Shown here: positions 10,500 through 22,894 of the stretch, in pieces
Layout: every line of letters begins with the position of its first letter
How positions within the stretch are numbered: position 1 is the first letter of the stretch
Translations under genes and position numbers: made by a program
Notes under the pieces: model-generated
The model's database searches: none
The model's input: the letters and a program-made list of their open reading frames with translations, nothing else
What the model was told of the DNA's origin: nothing
NCBI GenBank assembly: GCA_963822965.1
Contig: CAWGJT010000014.1
Span: 64,001-128,000, forward strand
From: an uncultured delta proteobacterium
Lineage (GTDB): Bacteria > Myxococcota_A > UBA9160 > UBA4427
Reading direction: 5' to 3'
Length of the DNA: 64,000 nt

Positions 10500-10620
10500 G
10501 CCCCTACCTGAACGACTCCCTCTTCCTCGTGAAGCTCGAGGACGGCAGGATCGAGCGCTTCCAGGAATGCTGGGACTCCAGGCCGGCCTTCGACCTGCTG
10601 TTCGGAGGAGGAAGCCGCTG
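10500..10620 (+). pseudogene. C-terminal remnant of a SnoaL/NTF2-like gene
   Basis: Frame reads PYLNDSLFLVKLEDGRIERFQECWDSRPAFDLLF with no matching N-terminal part. Confidence 0.4.
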
Positions 10621-10638
10621 GCCGAGGGTCTCGCCGGG

Positions 10639-12078
10639 CTACGCGCTCGCCTCCACGGCGCCTTCGGTGTCGAAGCGGGCGTCCGCCTGCCACGGGATCA
10701 CGTCTGCGGTCTCGCACATCCAGTCGAGGAGCCGGCTCCGGAGCGTGGTCACCGTCGCGGTGTGGGCCGGATCGCCGGCGAGGTTCACGCGCTCTTCGGG
10801 ATCGGCCGCGCGGTCGTAGAGCTCGTCGGGCTCGTAGAGCCGATGGCAATAGGTGAACTCCTCGGTGCGGATCGTCAGCACGCGCCCGTTGGTGGTCGGC
10901 TCCTCGTTCTGGATGGCGGCCTTCAGGTCGTACGGGAATCCGGCGCGCTCGAACAGATGCTTCTCGTTCAGCCGGAAGCCGCCCTCGCTGAAGGCGGCGT
11001 TGCGGTGGGGCCCCGACGGGTCGCGCAGCAGGGGGACGAGACTGCGGCCGAAGTGCGAGTAGCCCGCCTCGACGTCCGCCAGCTCGAGCAGGGTCGGCAC
11101 GAGATCGACGAGCTCGACGAAGGCGTCGGCCACGGCGCCCGCGCCGCCGTTCGGCATGGCCACGACGAGGGGGTTGTGGAGCAGGCTCTCGTGCTGCCCC
11201 GCCGGCCACTTCTCGACGAGGCCGAAGTCGCCCAGGTACTCGCCGTGGTCGGTGAAGAAGAGGGTGGTCGTGGTGTCGGCGGTGCCGGCGGCCTCGACCG
11301 CGCGCAGGATCCGTCCCAGCTGATCGTCGACCCGGGAGACCATGCCCGCGTAGGTGGCCCGGATCTCCGCCCAGTCGCCGGGGGAGAGGCGCCCGGTGCC
11401 GTAGCGCAGGGCGATGGCCCGCATGTAGGACGGCTTGTCCGAGAGGTCCGCGGCGATCGGCGGCGGCATGGGCTCGCGCGGGTGCAGCGAGAACCACGGC
11501 TCCTCGACGCCGAACGGCGGGTGGGGAAAGAGGAGGGGGACGTACAGCACGAAGGGCTCAGGGAGCCCCTCCGCCAGCCACTGCTCGGCGGTGCGGATCA
11601 CCGCCTCGTCGAAGTCGAGGGAGACACCGTCTGTCTCGCGCCGGCCGTGGTAGAACGCGCGCGCCATCGGATGCTCGGGTCCGTAGGGCGACGGCCCGTG
11701 GAGCATCTGCGGGCGGACCGCGAACCCGAAGCGGCTGGTGCTCTCGCGGGTGACGCCGTTCGCGAACGTGTCGCCGCGCAGGCCCGCATGGGCGACGTGG
11801 TAGCCGGCCTGCTTCAGGATGCGGAGCACGTTCGGCTCGTCGTGTTGGAGCAGATGTCCGAGGGTGCGGTGACCGCGGACGTGCGGGTACCAGCCCGTCA
11901 GGAACGAGACCCGGCTCGGCGAGCAGACGGAATGCTGACCGTAGGCGCGGGTGAAGCGCGTGCCGCGTGCCGCCAGGGCGTCGAGGTTCGGGGTGAGGGC
12001 GTGCTCGTTCCCGAAGCAGCCGACCGCGTCGAAGCGAAGCTGGTCCGGAATGAAGAGAACGAAGTTCGGGCGTGCCAC
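10639..12078 (-). CDS. Sulfatase (formylglycine type)
   Basis: RPNFVLFIPDQLR, TPNLD, CSPSRVSFLTG (CxPxR), TDHGE and ELYD..DPEE..NLA motifs. Confidence 0.92.
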   Translation of the reverse strand: MARPNFVLFIPDQLRFDAVGCFGNEHALTPNLDALAARGTRFTRAYGQHSVCSPSRVSFLTGWYPHVRGHRTLGHLLQHDEPNVLRILKQAGYHVAHAGLRGDTFANGVTRESTSRFGFAVRPQMLHGPSPYGPEHPMARAFYHGRRETDGVSLDFDEAVIRTAEQWLAEGLPEPFVLYVPLLFPHPPFGVEEPWFSLHPREPMPPPIAADLSDKPSYMRAIALRYGTGRLSPGDWAEIRATYAGMVSRVDDQLGRILRAVEAAGTADTTTTLFFTDHGEYLGDFGLVEKWPAGQHESLLHNPLVVAMPNGGAGAVADAFVELVDLVPTLLELADVEAGYSHFGRSLVPLLRDPSGPHRNAAFSEGGFRLNEKHLFERAGFPYDLKAAIQNEEPTTNGRVLTIRTEEFTYCHRLYEPDELYDRAADPEERVNLAGDPAHTATVTTLRSRLLDWMCETADVIPWQADARFDTEGAVEASA

Positions 12079-12218
12079 GATGTCTCCCGCGTGGATGCTC
12101 AGCGAGCGTAGCGGTGGCGCGAGCCATCGCGCCTGCGGCGTCCACGATTCCCGGGAGCCGGTCTCCACGAGCCACCCCGACCCGACTCCGTTCGCCCGAA
12201 CTCGGTTACCCTCCGGTG

Positions 12219-13761
12219 ATGGCTTTCGAGACGGTCACGGGATACTGCTGGCCGCAGTCCGTCGTGGGGGGAGACCGGGTCGGGTTGCACCTGTCTTCGC
12301 CCGGCGGGCGGCCGGTCGCGATCGAGGTCGCCCGGGTGGGGTGGCGTCGGGACGTCGTGCTCCGGGACGGCGCCGTGGCGGCCGACTTCCACGCCACGCC
12401 GAAGGGGGCCGATCGAGCGGGCTGCGCGTGGCCGGTGGCGCGCACGCTCGAGGTCGGACCGAGGCTGGAGGAGCGGCTACTACGAGGTGGTGCTGGAGGT
12501 CGACGTGGACGGAAAGCGCCGCCGCAGCCACGCGTTCTTCGTCGTCCGCCCCGAGACGGGCGCGCCCACCGCACAGATCCTGCTGGCCCTGTCCACGAAC
12601 ACGTGGCACGCCTACAACGACTTCGGCGGCCACAATCTCTACACGGGCGGCACGGCGGTCTCGCTCCAGCGGCCGATGTCGCCGGGCTACCTCTACAAGC
12701 CCCCGGGTGCCGGCCGGCGCGTCACCACCCTGGAGGTGCCCGACCCGCAGATGGCCGCCCACGTGGGCTATCTGCGGCTGAACCACCTGTCGCCGTACGC
12801 CGGCTCTGCCGGCTGGCCCGATTGGGAGCTTCCCTTCCTGCAGTGGGCCGAGCGCGAGGGATACGCGATCGACGTGGTGACGAACGCCGATCTCGAGGAT
12901 CACCCGGGGCTGCTGGCCGGGCCCGGTGCGGGCAGCTACGCGCTCTACCTCTCGGTGGGTCACGACGAGTACTGGTCGGGCCCGATGCGCGACACCGTCG
13001 AGGGCTTCATCGGTCGCGGCGGCCACGCGGCCTTCCTCTCCGGCAACACGGCCTTCTGGCAGGTGCGCCTGGAGGACCCGACGCCCGAGGGCCCGGCCGC
13101 CACGATGGTGGGCTACAAGGGCCACTTCAAGTCCGATCCGGTGTACGGCACCGACCGGGTCGGCGAGCTGACCAGCATGTGGTCCGACCGCCTGATCGGC
13201 CGGCCCGAGAATCGGATGACCGGCGTCAGCTTCGCCCGCGGCGGCTATCACCGCATCGGCAAGCGGGTCACGCGCGGCGCGGGCGGCTACACGATCCACC
13301 GTCCCGACCACTGGCTCTTCGAAGGAACCGGCCTGGGCTACGGCGATCTGCTCGGCGCCGCGGGCACGACGGTGGGCTACGAGTGCGACGGCTGCGACTT
13401 CACGGTTCGCGACGGCCTGCCGCATCCCACCGGCGTCGACGGGACACCGCCGGACTTCATCATCCTGGGAACGGCCCCGGCCGCGCACTTCACGCGGGAG
13501 ACCGCCACCCGGCCCCCGCCCCCCGACGAGCCGTCCGAGGTGGAGTTCATCGCCGCCCGCATGGTCGACGGCGGCCGCACTCCCGAGGACGTCCTGCGCT
13601 TCTCCCACGGACACGCCGTGTTCGGCACCTACACGTCGCCGGCCGGCGGCATCGTGGTCACCTCGGGCAGCACCGACTGGGCCCACGGCCTGGCCGGGCT
13701 CGACCCGCCCGTGGAGCAGATCACCCGCAACCTCCTGGACCGCCTGTCCCGACCCGAGTAG
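12219..13761 (+). CDS. N,N-dimethylformamidase beta-subunit family protein (frameshift near 12460)
   Basis: N-terminus MAFETVTGYCWPQSV in one frame continues as GWRSGYYEV..NTWHAYN..SVGHDEYWS..GYECD in the next frame. Confidence 0.75.
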
Positions 13762-13786
13762 CGCGGCCGAGGCGTGCCGGGTCGCT

Positions 13787-14743
13787 CTAGGGCCGGAGAT
13801 GGCGCCGGAGGAAGTCTTCGCTGCGTCGTTCGAACTCGCGCGATACGGGAGCCGCGGGCACGATGCTCTGGAACCCGTGGGGGCCCATCGGAACCAGCTC
13901 GAAGTCGCAGGGAACCCCCGCGGCCTTCAACCGCTCTGCGTAGTCACGATCCTCCTCGCAGAACAGGTCGATGTCCCCGACGCCGATCCAGGCCGGCGGC
14001 AGGCCGGCGAGCTCCGGTCGGCGTGCCGCCACCGCATATTCCGGGGTCGTCGGCGCCCCCGGCGGCTGGTCGAGGTAGGCGGACCATCCGGTGCGGTTCG
14101 CGCGGTTGTTCCAAACACGATGGCCGAGCGGGTCGAGATCGGACCGGGCGGCGGTGCGATCGTCGAGCATCGGGCAGAGCAGCACCTGGGCGGCGGGCTG
14201 CACGCCGCCCAGGTCGTGGATGCGCTGCACGACGGTCGCGGCGAGCCCGCCGCCGGCGCTCTCGCCCGCGACGGCCGTACGGGTCGGGTCGACGCCGAGC
14301 TCGGACGCGGAAGCCTGCAGCCAGCGCCACGCGGCGAGGCAGTCGTCGAGCGCCGCCGGGAACGGGTGCTCGGGTGCCAGTCGGTAGTCGACCGAAACGA
14401 CCACCACGCCGAGATCCTTCGCATACCGGAAGCAGCGAGGATCGTCCTGGCGTGCGGATCCGATCACGAAGCCGCCGCCATGAATCCACAGGACGGCGGC
14501 ACGCGGGGCCGTGCCCTCCGGTCGGTAGACGCGCACGGAGGCAGCGCCCACGCGCCGGTCCTCGACCGTGACGCCGGCTGGTGGCTTCGAGCGCAGGAAG
14601 CGCGTGGCGAAGCGGAGCACCGGGAGCACCCCCGGTCGGTGGAGGGGCAGCGACGGGACGTATCGGATCCTGCCGCGCAGCTCGGGGTGGACGCGATCGA
14701 TGTCCAAGGGATCTCCTTCTGCCAACTCCGGCGATCCGAGCAT
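13787..14743 (-). CDS. HSL-family esterase / alpha-beta hydrolase
   Basis: HGGGF, DYRLAPEHPFPA, GESAGG and HGF motifs. Confidence 0.92.
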   Translation of the reverse strand: MLGSPELAEGDPLDIDRVHPELRGRIRYVPSLPLHRPGVLPVLRFATRFLRSKPPAGVTVEDRRVGAASVRVYRPEGTAPRAAVLWIHGGGFVIGSARQDDPRCFRYAKDLGVVVVSVDYRLAPEHPFPAALDDCLAAWRWLQASASELGVDPTRTAVAGESAGGGLAATVVQRIHDLGGVQPAAQVLLCPMLDDRTAARSDLDPLGHRVWNNRANRTGWSAYLDQPPGAPTTPEYAVAARRPELAGLPPAWIGVGDIDLFCEEDRDYAERLKAAGVPCDFELVPMGPHGFQSIVPAAPVSREFERRSEDFLRRHLRP

Positions 14744-14788
14744 CGCACCGATGGGGCGCGAATCGCTCGCGCGCGGCGCCGCCCTTCG

Positions 14789-15679
14789 TCAGGGGAGGTC
14801 GGCCGGCTCGAGCTTCGTGAGCCGGACGCTCTGCCGCCAGAGCCCCTCGGCGAGGGCGGGGTCGGGGTGCTTCAGGGGCCTCTCCCGGCGCACGAGCGAT
14901 CGCCAGTAGCCGCCCGTGGACGTCCCGAGGGCGGGGTCGCTGGCCACCTTGAGGCAGGTGCGCGCCGCCCGGGCGGCGCTCGGAAACAGGTAGCGGATCA
15001 TCGGCTTCGCCAGCGTGTAGAGGACGCCGGGGTTGTTGGCGGCGATGTTCGAGGCGACGGGGCCGGGGTCGACGGCGTTCACGGTGACGCCGGTGCCCTC
15101 GATGCGGCGCGCCAGCTCGAGGGTGAAGAGCAGGATCGCCAGCTTCGATCGCGCGTAGGCCTGGCTGACCGAGTAGTCGCGTTCCAGCTGCAGGTCGTCC
15201 AGGTCGAGCTTCGCGATGCGATAGGTGTCCGACGAGATGTTGACGATGCGGGCGGGCGCGCTCTCCTGGAGGCGGGGCAGCAGCCGCAGGGTGAGCTGGA
15301 ACATCGAGAGGTAGTTGACCGCGAAGGTCTGCTCGAGCCCCTCTTCGTTCACCTGCCGGTGCAGGTTCACGAGCCCGGCGTTGTTGACCAGCACGTGCAG
15401 CGGTCGTCCGCTGTCCAGGTACTCGTCGGCCGCGCGGTCCACCTCGGATCGCTTCGAGAGATCGCACAGCAGGATGTCGGGCGCCTTGCCGCCGGTGATC
15501 CCCGCGATCTCGCGCTGCACGTCGCGGCACTTCTCGGGGTTGCGGCCCAGCACCACCAGCTCGGCGCCGGCCCGGGCCAGGCCCAGGGCGACGGCGCGCC
15601 CGTGTCCGTCCGTGGCGCCGGTCACCAGGCAGGTGCGTCCGCCCATCTCGTGGGCGCCGCTCTTCTTCGGGTCGGTCAT
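14789..15679 (-). CDS. SDR family oxidoreductase (retinol dehydrogenase-like)
   Basis: TGATDGHG, NNAG and YARSK motifs; ATGA overlap with the upstream gene. Confidence 0.88.
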   Translation of the reverse strand: MTDPKKSGAHEMGGRTCLVTGATDGHGRAVALGLARAGAELVVLGRNPEKCRDVQREIAGITGGKAPDILLCDLSKRSEVDRAADEYLDSGRPLHVLVNNAGLVNLHRQVNEEGLEQTFAVNYLSMFQLTLRLLPRLQESAPARIVNISSDTYRIAKLDLDDLQLERDYSVSQAYARSKLAILLFTLELARRIEGTGVTVNAVDPGPVASNIAANNPGVLYTLAKPMIRYLFPSAARAARTCLKVASDPALGTSTGGYWRSLVRRERPLKHPDPALAEGLWRQSVRLTKLEPADLP

Positions 15680-16971
15680 CGGTCCTCCCGGGCGATTCCG
15701 TAGTGCTCGCGGTAGGGGGCGAAGTCGCGGTCGAGCGCCTCCCCGGAGAGGCCGAAGTCCTCGGCCCGGTAGCGGTGCGAGCCGCGCTTGTCCTTGGGGT
15801 TCGCGCCGCGCCAGCGGTTCATCGCCGCCGCGGTTCCGGGCTCGAGGGTCAGCCCCAGGAAGTCGTAGATGCGCCGCATCTCCTTCATGGGGTCGGCCAT
15901 CAGGTCCTCGTAGCGGACGTCGACGAAGGCGTCCGCGGGCAGGGTCTCGCGCGCCCGCATGGCGCCGTTCACCCCGGCCAGCTGCTTCTGGTGGATCTGT
16001 CTTCCGATGGCGACCGGATCGACGTCGTCGCTGAAGAGCCTGCGTCCGTGCGCCATCATGCTGCAGAACGACGGCACCACCTTGACCGGATCGCGGTGGG
16101 TCATCACCACCCGCGCGCCCGGGAAGACCTCGAGCAGCGCCGGCAGGTTCTCCAGGTGATGCGGCGTCTTTCCCAGGTAATGATGCGGGACAGGGCCGGC
16201 CGCGGGCCCGGGGCGTTGCCACAGCAACAGCTGCACCAGGCGGCGGAAGTAGCGGTACATGGGGCGCTGGTCGCTGGCGTGCAGCCAGGCGCTGTAGCGG
16301 GGGACGGGCATGGTGGCGTCCACGGTCGGGCTCATGAAGCTGCCGTCCTGGAGCAGCACGTCCTCCTCGTAGCCCGAGGCCTCCACCGGGTGGATGGCGA
16401 AGAACTCCGGCGCCAGGTAGCGCAGCGCACGCTCCGCGATCTCGGCCTGGCGCGCGCGCGGGTCGGGGGCGCCGGGTCGGCGGGGCCCGGGCCGCGGCGC
16501 GGGCTCGAGACCCTCCCAGGAGAGCAGGGGGCGCAGCCGCGGCTCGCAGCCCAGCAGCCGGTGCAGCAGGGTCGTCCCCGTGCGCGCGAGCCCCGCGATG
16601 AAGACCGGCGCCTCGACGGGCAGGGCGGGAATCTCGGGGTGCTCCAGCGAGAGGTGCTCGAGACGCATGCGGGTCACGATTGCCCGCACCAGCGTGCCGC
16701 GGATGACGACGCGGCCGAACGGATGCAGCCGGGCCTCGTTCTCGAGGGCGTCGAGCAGGCGGCGCAGGGCGTCCTGGGTGACGGGCGCGTCGAAGTCGTC
16801 TCCCAGGGCCTCGAGCCCCGACTGCCGCCGCGCCGACGCCACCAGGGAGTCGGCGGTCAACGCCGGCCGCGCGATGCCGGCGCGCTGCAGGGCGCCCCAG
16901 GCCGCGTTCAGCGCGCGCACCGGTGCCCGGTTCGGCGGAACCCGGAAGACCTGGCCCGCGGTAGCGGTCAC
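15676..16971 (-). CDS. Sulfotransferase family protein
   Basis: PVFIAGLARTGTTLLH (5'-PSB loop), KTPHH, THRDP and VRYEDL motifs; GTGA overlap with the upstream gene. Confidence 0.88.
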   Translation of the reverse strand: MTATAGQVFRVPPNRAPVRALNAAWGALQRAGIARPALTADSLVASARRQSGLEALGDDFDAPVTQDALRRLLDALENEARLHPFGRVVIRGTLVRAIVTRMRLEHLSLEHPEIPALPVEAPVFIAGLARTGTTLLHRLLGCEPRLRPLLSWEGLEPAPRPGPRRPGAPDPRARQAEIAERALRYLAPEFFAIHPVEASGYEEDVLLQDGSFMSPTVDATMPVPRYSAWLHASDQRPMYRYFRRLVQLLLWQRPGPAAGPVPHHYLGKTPHHLENLPALLEVFPGARVVMTHRDPVKVVPSFCSMMAHGRRLFSDDVDPVAIGRQIHQKQLAGVNGAMRARETLPADAFVDVRYEDLMADPMKEMRRIYDFLGLTLEPGTAAAMNRWRGANPKDKRGSHRYRAEDFGLSGEALDRDFAPYREHYGIAREDR

Positions 16972-18072
16972 GACCCCAGGTCCGAGAGCTTCACCACCCG
17001 GGTGCGGGGCTGGGGGTGCACGTCGGCGCGGATCCAGCGGAAGCACATGGTGCCCTGGCGGTGGCCGGCGGTCTCGATCCAGTTCGGATGTTCCGGATCC
17101 GCGTGCGCCACGATGATGCGCACCGACCCGTCGTCCTCGTAGCGGGCGGTGTGCTTGTTGATCGTCACCCGGTGGTAGCGGTAGTCGAGGGACTCCATCC
17201 AGTGGTTGTCGAGCTGGAAGTTCCAGGAGCGACACTCGGGCGGCGTCACCTCGATGACGAGGGCCTCTTCGGGGCCGAGCGCCCAGTAGCTGTGGTAGTA
17301 GCAGATGTTCGGATCGCCCCCGGCGCCCATGGAGACCGAGTCGTCGAACTTCGGAAGCTCGTTGGTGTGCTTCTGGAAGCCGCGGGCCCAGGTGGAGAAG
17401 AGGTTCGAGCAGCCCACGACGAGCCCCGACGCCTGGGCGAGTCCCTTGTCGACGAGCTCGGGGGTGAGGGGCGAGGGCTGCTTCTCGCCCCCGATGCGCT
17501 CGATGCGCAGGTCCGCGGGTGTCTCCGTCTCGCGGTCGAGATAGGTCTGCCGCACGATGAGCTGGGTCGTCTCGGGCTCCATGCGCAGCCAGTTGCCCGG
17601 CTTCTCCTGGCAGGAGAGCACGATCTCGAAGCGGCCGTCGTCGCCGATCTCGAGGTCCTCGGCGTCCACGTGACCGCTCTGGCGCGACTTGCCCGTGCTG
17701 GCCACGCCGGAGGTCTGGGTGGCGAAGTCGAGGTAGTGGATGGTGTTGCGCACCCCCACGATCCGGTACTCGTAGGCGCCGCTGATCTGCGCGTTCTGGT
17801 AGTAGTTGTCCGGGTTGTCGGCGCCGATCTTGGCGGTCTCGTGGATGGGCCGGTGCAGCTCCGGGGCCAGCGGGTCGGCGTACTCGAGGAAGGCCTCGAG
17901 TCCCGCCCGGGTGAGCCGGCTCAGGTAGCGGAAGCCCTCGGCGCGATCGAGCGAGATCCTCGGGCGAGCCTTCGGCGACGATCACCTTGCCCGCGCTCTT
18001 CAGGGCGTCGCAGAAGTCCTCCCACGCCTTTCCGGTCCGGATGCGATCGGCCGAGGGGGTGTCGTCGCTCAT
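16968..18072 (-). CDS. DUF1214-like protein (frameshift near 17955)
   Basis: MSDD..AWEDFCDALK..SPED shifts frame to RAEGFRYLSRL..DNPDNYY..NWIETAGH..GTMCFRW. Confidence 0.7.
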
Positions 18073-18097
18073 CTTCTCGTTGCCTCCTGGGCTCGGG

Positions 18098-18532
18098 TCA
18101 GCTCTCGGCGTGCTTCTTGAGATCCCGGGCGCAGCGCTCGAAGCCGCGCTGCATCGCCCCGCCGAAGAGACCGAGCACCAGCGGCCGGAGCCAACCCGTA
18201 AAGCAGTCTTCGGTGAGGTAGTGGGTGCGGCCGTCCGCGAGCGGCGTCAGCACCTGGACGCGCTCCGCGTAGAGCAGGAAGCGCGCGCCCATCTTCATCT
18301 CCCATCCCAGGGTGTGGGGCTCGTTGCGCGTCACCCACTCCACCCGATGCATGGGACGCTCGCCCACGAGCCGCACGTAGAGGTGGATGGGATCGCCCTT
18401 CCGCAGCGTCGACTCGACGCGCGGCGTGAAGCCATTCCAATCCCCGTAGCGGTCGAGGTCGTTCAGGATCGTCCACACCCGATCGATCGGTGCGTCGATC
18501 TCGGTCTCCGCCCTCACGCAGTGGGTCGTCAC
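18098..18532 (-). CDS. SRPBCC / polyketide cyclase family protein
   Basis: EIDAPIDRVW..DLDRYGDWN and C-terminal LKKHAE patterns. Confidence 0.8.
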   Translation of the reverse strand: MTTHCVRAETEIDAPIDRVWTILNDLDRYGDWNGFTPRVESTLRKGDPIHLYVRLVGERPMHRVEWVTRNEPHTLGWEMKMGARFLLYAERVQVLTPLADGRTHYLTEDCFTGWLRPLVLGLFGGAMQRGFERCARDLKKHAES

Positions 18533-18617
18533 GACGAGAGCCTATCACCGGCTTCTCGGGCGCCCCATCGCTTTCGTCCGACGGGGACCGGCGGCTGGTC
18601 GGACCGGGGAAGCCCGT

Positions 18618-19211
18618 TCAGCCTTCGGCGCCGCCGACGACGCTGGCCCGGGGCTTCTGCAGCAGGCTCCGCACCAGGGGCTCGAAGTGCTCGAGGGGCA
18701 GGGTGTCGTAGCCCGGGTCGAAGGCCGTCTGGTCGTAGAGGGCGCAGAACTCGGCGGTGTGATCGAAGAAGGGGTGCCCGCGGAACTGCTCCCGGGCGTC
18801 GCGGTCGTCGCCGATGTGGTGCCAGAAGTAGTAGCCCTGGAAGACGCCGTGATTCTCGACCATCCAGCGGTTCTTCTCCGAGACGAAGGGCGCGAGGACG
18901 GCCGCGGCGAGGGCCGAGTGGTTGTCGGGCGCCAGGGCGTCCCCGATGTCGTGCAGCAGGGCGCACAGCACGTACTCGTCGTCCCGGCCGTCCCGTTGGG
19001 CGCGCGTGGCCGTCTGCAGGCTGTGGGTGAGCCGGTCCACCGCGAAGCCGCCGTAGTCCTCGCCCAGCAGGCGCAGGTGACCCAGCACCCGCTCGGGCAG
19101 GCCGGCGGCGTAGCGCTCGTGGTGGCGCATCAGCAGCTGCCACTCCGCCTGGGTGGACTCGTCCATGCTGCGGAAGCGGGCGCGTTCTTCGAGGGGCTGG
19201 GCCTGGGCCAT
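18618..19211 (-). CDS. HD domain protein (PhnZ-like subfamily)
   Basis: HSLQTATRA, ALLHDIGD, NH and C..YDQ.AFDP motifs. Confidence 0.8.
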   Translation of the reverse strand: MAQAQPLEERARFRSMDESTQAEWQLLMRHHERYAAGLPERVLGHLRLLGEDYGGFAVDRLTHSLQTATRAQRDGRDDEYVLCALLHDIGDALAPDNHSALAAAVLAPFVSEKNRWMVENHGVFQGYYFWHHIGDDRDAREQFRGHPFFDHTAEFCALYDQTAFDPGYDTLPLEHFEPLVRSLLQKPRASVVGGAEG

Positions 19212-19250
19212 GATTGTCTCCGATCGTTCGTCGAGTTCGGTCTTCGGGGT

Positions 19251-19670
19251 TCAGGGGGAGGGAATCGGGACGAGCCGGACGGGAATCGAGAGGCTGCCGT
19301 CGCGGCTCGCGGCGATGAAGGTCTCGGCGAAGCCGTACTTGTCCGCCATCAGCGCGTGGATGTGGTCGCGCACGGCCGGGTCGTGCACGGGCTCGGCGAG
19401 GTAGGGCCCCGTCGTATCGCCGCGGGTGAGCTGCACGTGGGGGTTCGCCTCGAGCCGCAGGAACCAGCTGGAGGTCGGCATGCCTGCGCGCAGCCAGGCG
19501 TTGCCGTCGTCGTCCACCACCCACAGGCGCGTCTCGTGGGGCGCGCCCGCGTCGTCGAGGGTCTGCAGCACGACCACCTCTCCGCCCGTCTCGGAGAGCC
19601 CGAACATCAGCCCGAAGAAGAGGAGGGCGAGCATCGTCACGGCGCCGAGGGTGATCCACAGCCAACGCAT
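19251..19670 (-). CDS. Membrane-anchored split-barrel (nitroreductase/deazaflavin-like) protein
   Basis: N-terminal TM; T.LWVV...W...L.ANP.V and KYG motifs. Confidence 0.6.
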   Translation of the reverse strand: MRWLWITLGAVTMLALLFFGLMFGLSETGGEVVVLQTLDDAGAPHETRLWVVDDDGNAWLRAGMPTSSWFLRLEANPHVQLTRGDTTGPYLAEPVHDPAVRDHIHALMADKYGFAETFIAASRDGSLSIPVRLVPIPSP

Positions 19671-19741
19671 GACCGGGAAGCATAAGAGACGCCCCGGCCG
19701 GTCGCCCGCGGCGGCGGGGCCCCGTCCCCCTTGCCGGCGGA

Positions 19742-21540
<1,799 letters not shown>

Positions 21541-21544
<4 letters not shown>

Positions 21545-22894
21545 CGCTCGTAGACGAGGTCGATGTCGCCGATGCGGATCCGGTCTCCGGGCTCGAGCGG
21601 GCAGCTCCGCACGTTCGTCCCGTTGACGTAGGTTCCGTTGCTGGAGCCTACGTCCTTGATCTCGACGAAGCGACCGCGGCACTGGAGCTGGGCGTGATAG
21701 CGCGAGACGGCCGGCGAGGGCACCACGATGTCGTTGTCCGGCAGGGCGCCGATCGAGAGCTGGGGCTTGCCCAGGGCCACGCTCTCGCCCTTGCGGGGGC
21801 CCTCGAGAAAGATCAGGCGGCCGGCGGTCCGGGGCTGCCGCATGGTGAACGCCGCGATCGCCACCACCACCGCCAGGAGGCCGGCGACGAGCCAGATCGC
21901 CCAGCCCCCGCCCAGGTCGGGATAGCCCACCGTCTGGGTCTCGGACATGCCCCCGATGGAGACCTCGATGCTGTGGTGTCCGCCGTCGAGGTCCGCCGGG
22001 TAGCGCACCACGTAGCTGTGCAGCATCTGGCGCCAGATCTCGTCGAAGTACGAGGCCACCAGATCGGCCGACTGGGCGAAGAAGGCCTCGGCCGAGGTGC
22101 CGCGCGAGAGCTTCAGCAGCGACTTCAGGCTGCCTCCGCCGAAGCGGTCGAAGCCGATGGTGAACACCGGGACCCGGCTGTGTCCCTTGTCGCCCACCGC
22201 CAGGTCCACCACCTCGTCCAGGGTGGCGCGGCTGCCGTCGTCCTTGCCGTCCGAGAAGACGACGACGAAGCTGCGGCTGGGCAGGTCGTTGCCGCGCCGG
22301 ATCACGTCGACCGCCTTGAAGGCGGCGTCGAAGAGCACCGTGGTGAGCGCGGTGCGGTCGAGCTCGAGCTCGCGCACGAGCTGTCGCGCTTCGGCCTTCG
22401 AGTCCTTGAAGGTGACGACCACGTGCACCCGGTCCGAGAAGCCGATCAGCGAGAGGCGGTCGTTCGGGCCCATGCGGTCGATGTACGCCAGGGCCGCCGC
22501 CTTGGCGCGCTCGAAGGGCTCGCCCTTCATGGTGCGGCTCACGTCGAGGGCGAGGACGATGGTGGCGCCGCGCTCGGCGGCGTGCAGCTGCGCGAGCTCG
22601 ATGCCGTCGGACGACACCAGCTCGCCGTTGTCGCGGATGGTGACGTCCTGGGCGCGCAGACCGTCCACGGGCTCGCCGTAGCGGGTCTCGGCTCGCAGGT
22701 ACAGCTCCACGTCGCTGCCGCCGTCCGGGGAGGGGACCACCTCGTCGAGGAACAAGCGCTCCACCTGCTCGCTCGCCCGGGCGGGCGACGGCAGGCAGGC
22801 GACCGCGAGCCCACAGCAGGAGCCCGAGACGGGCGGCCCGCCCGATCGAAGCGGGTACGCCGGACGGTGATCCTGCGGATTCGGCCTCGCTCAC
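21541..22894 (-). CDS. VWA domain + TM + FHA domain protein (probable frameshift near 22810 in the signal region)
   Basis: DVSRTM MIDAS-like motif, T.LFDA, SDGKD; TM; FHA (IG..ND..VSRYHA..SSNGTYVNG). GTG at 22894 overlaps the upstream stop. Confidence 0.8.
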
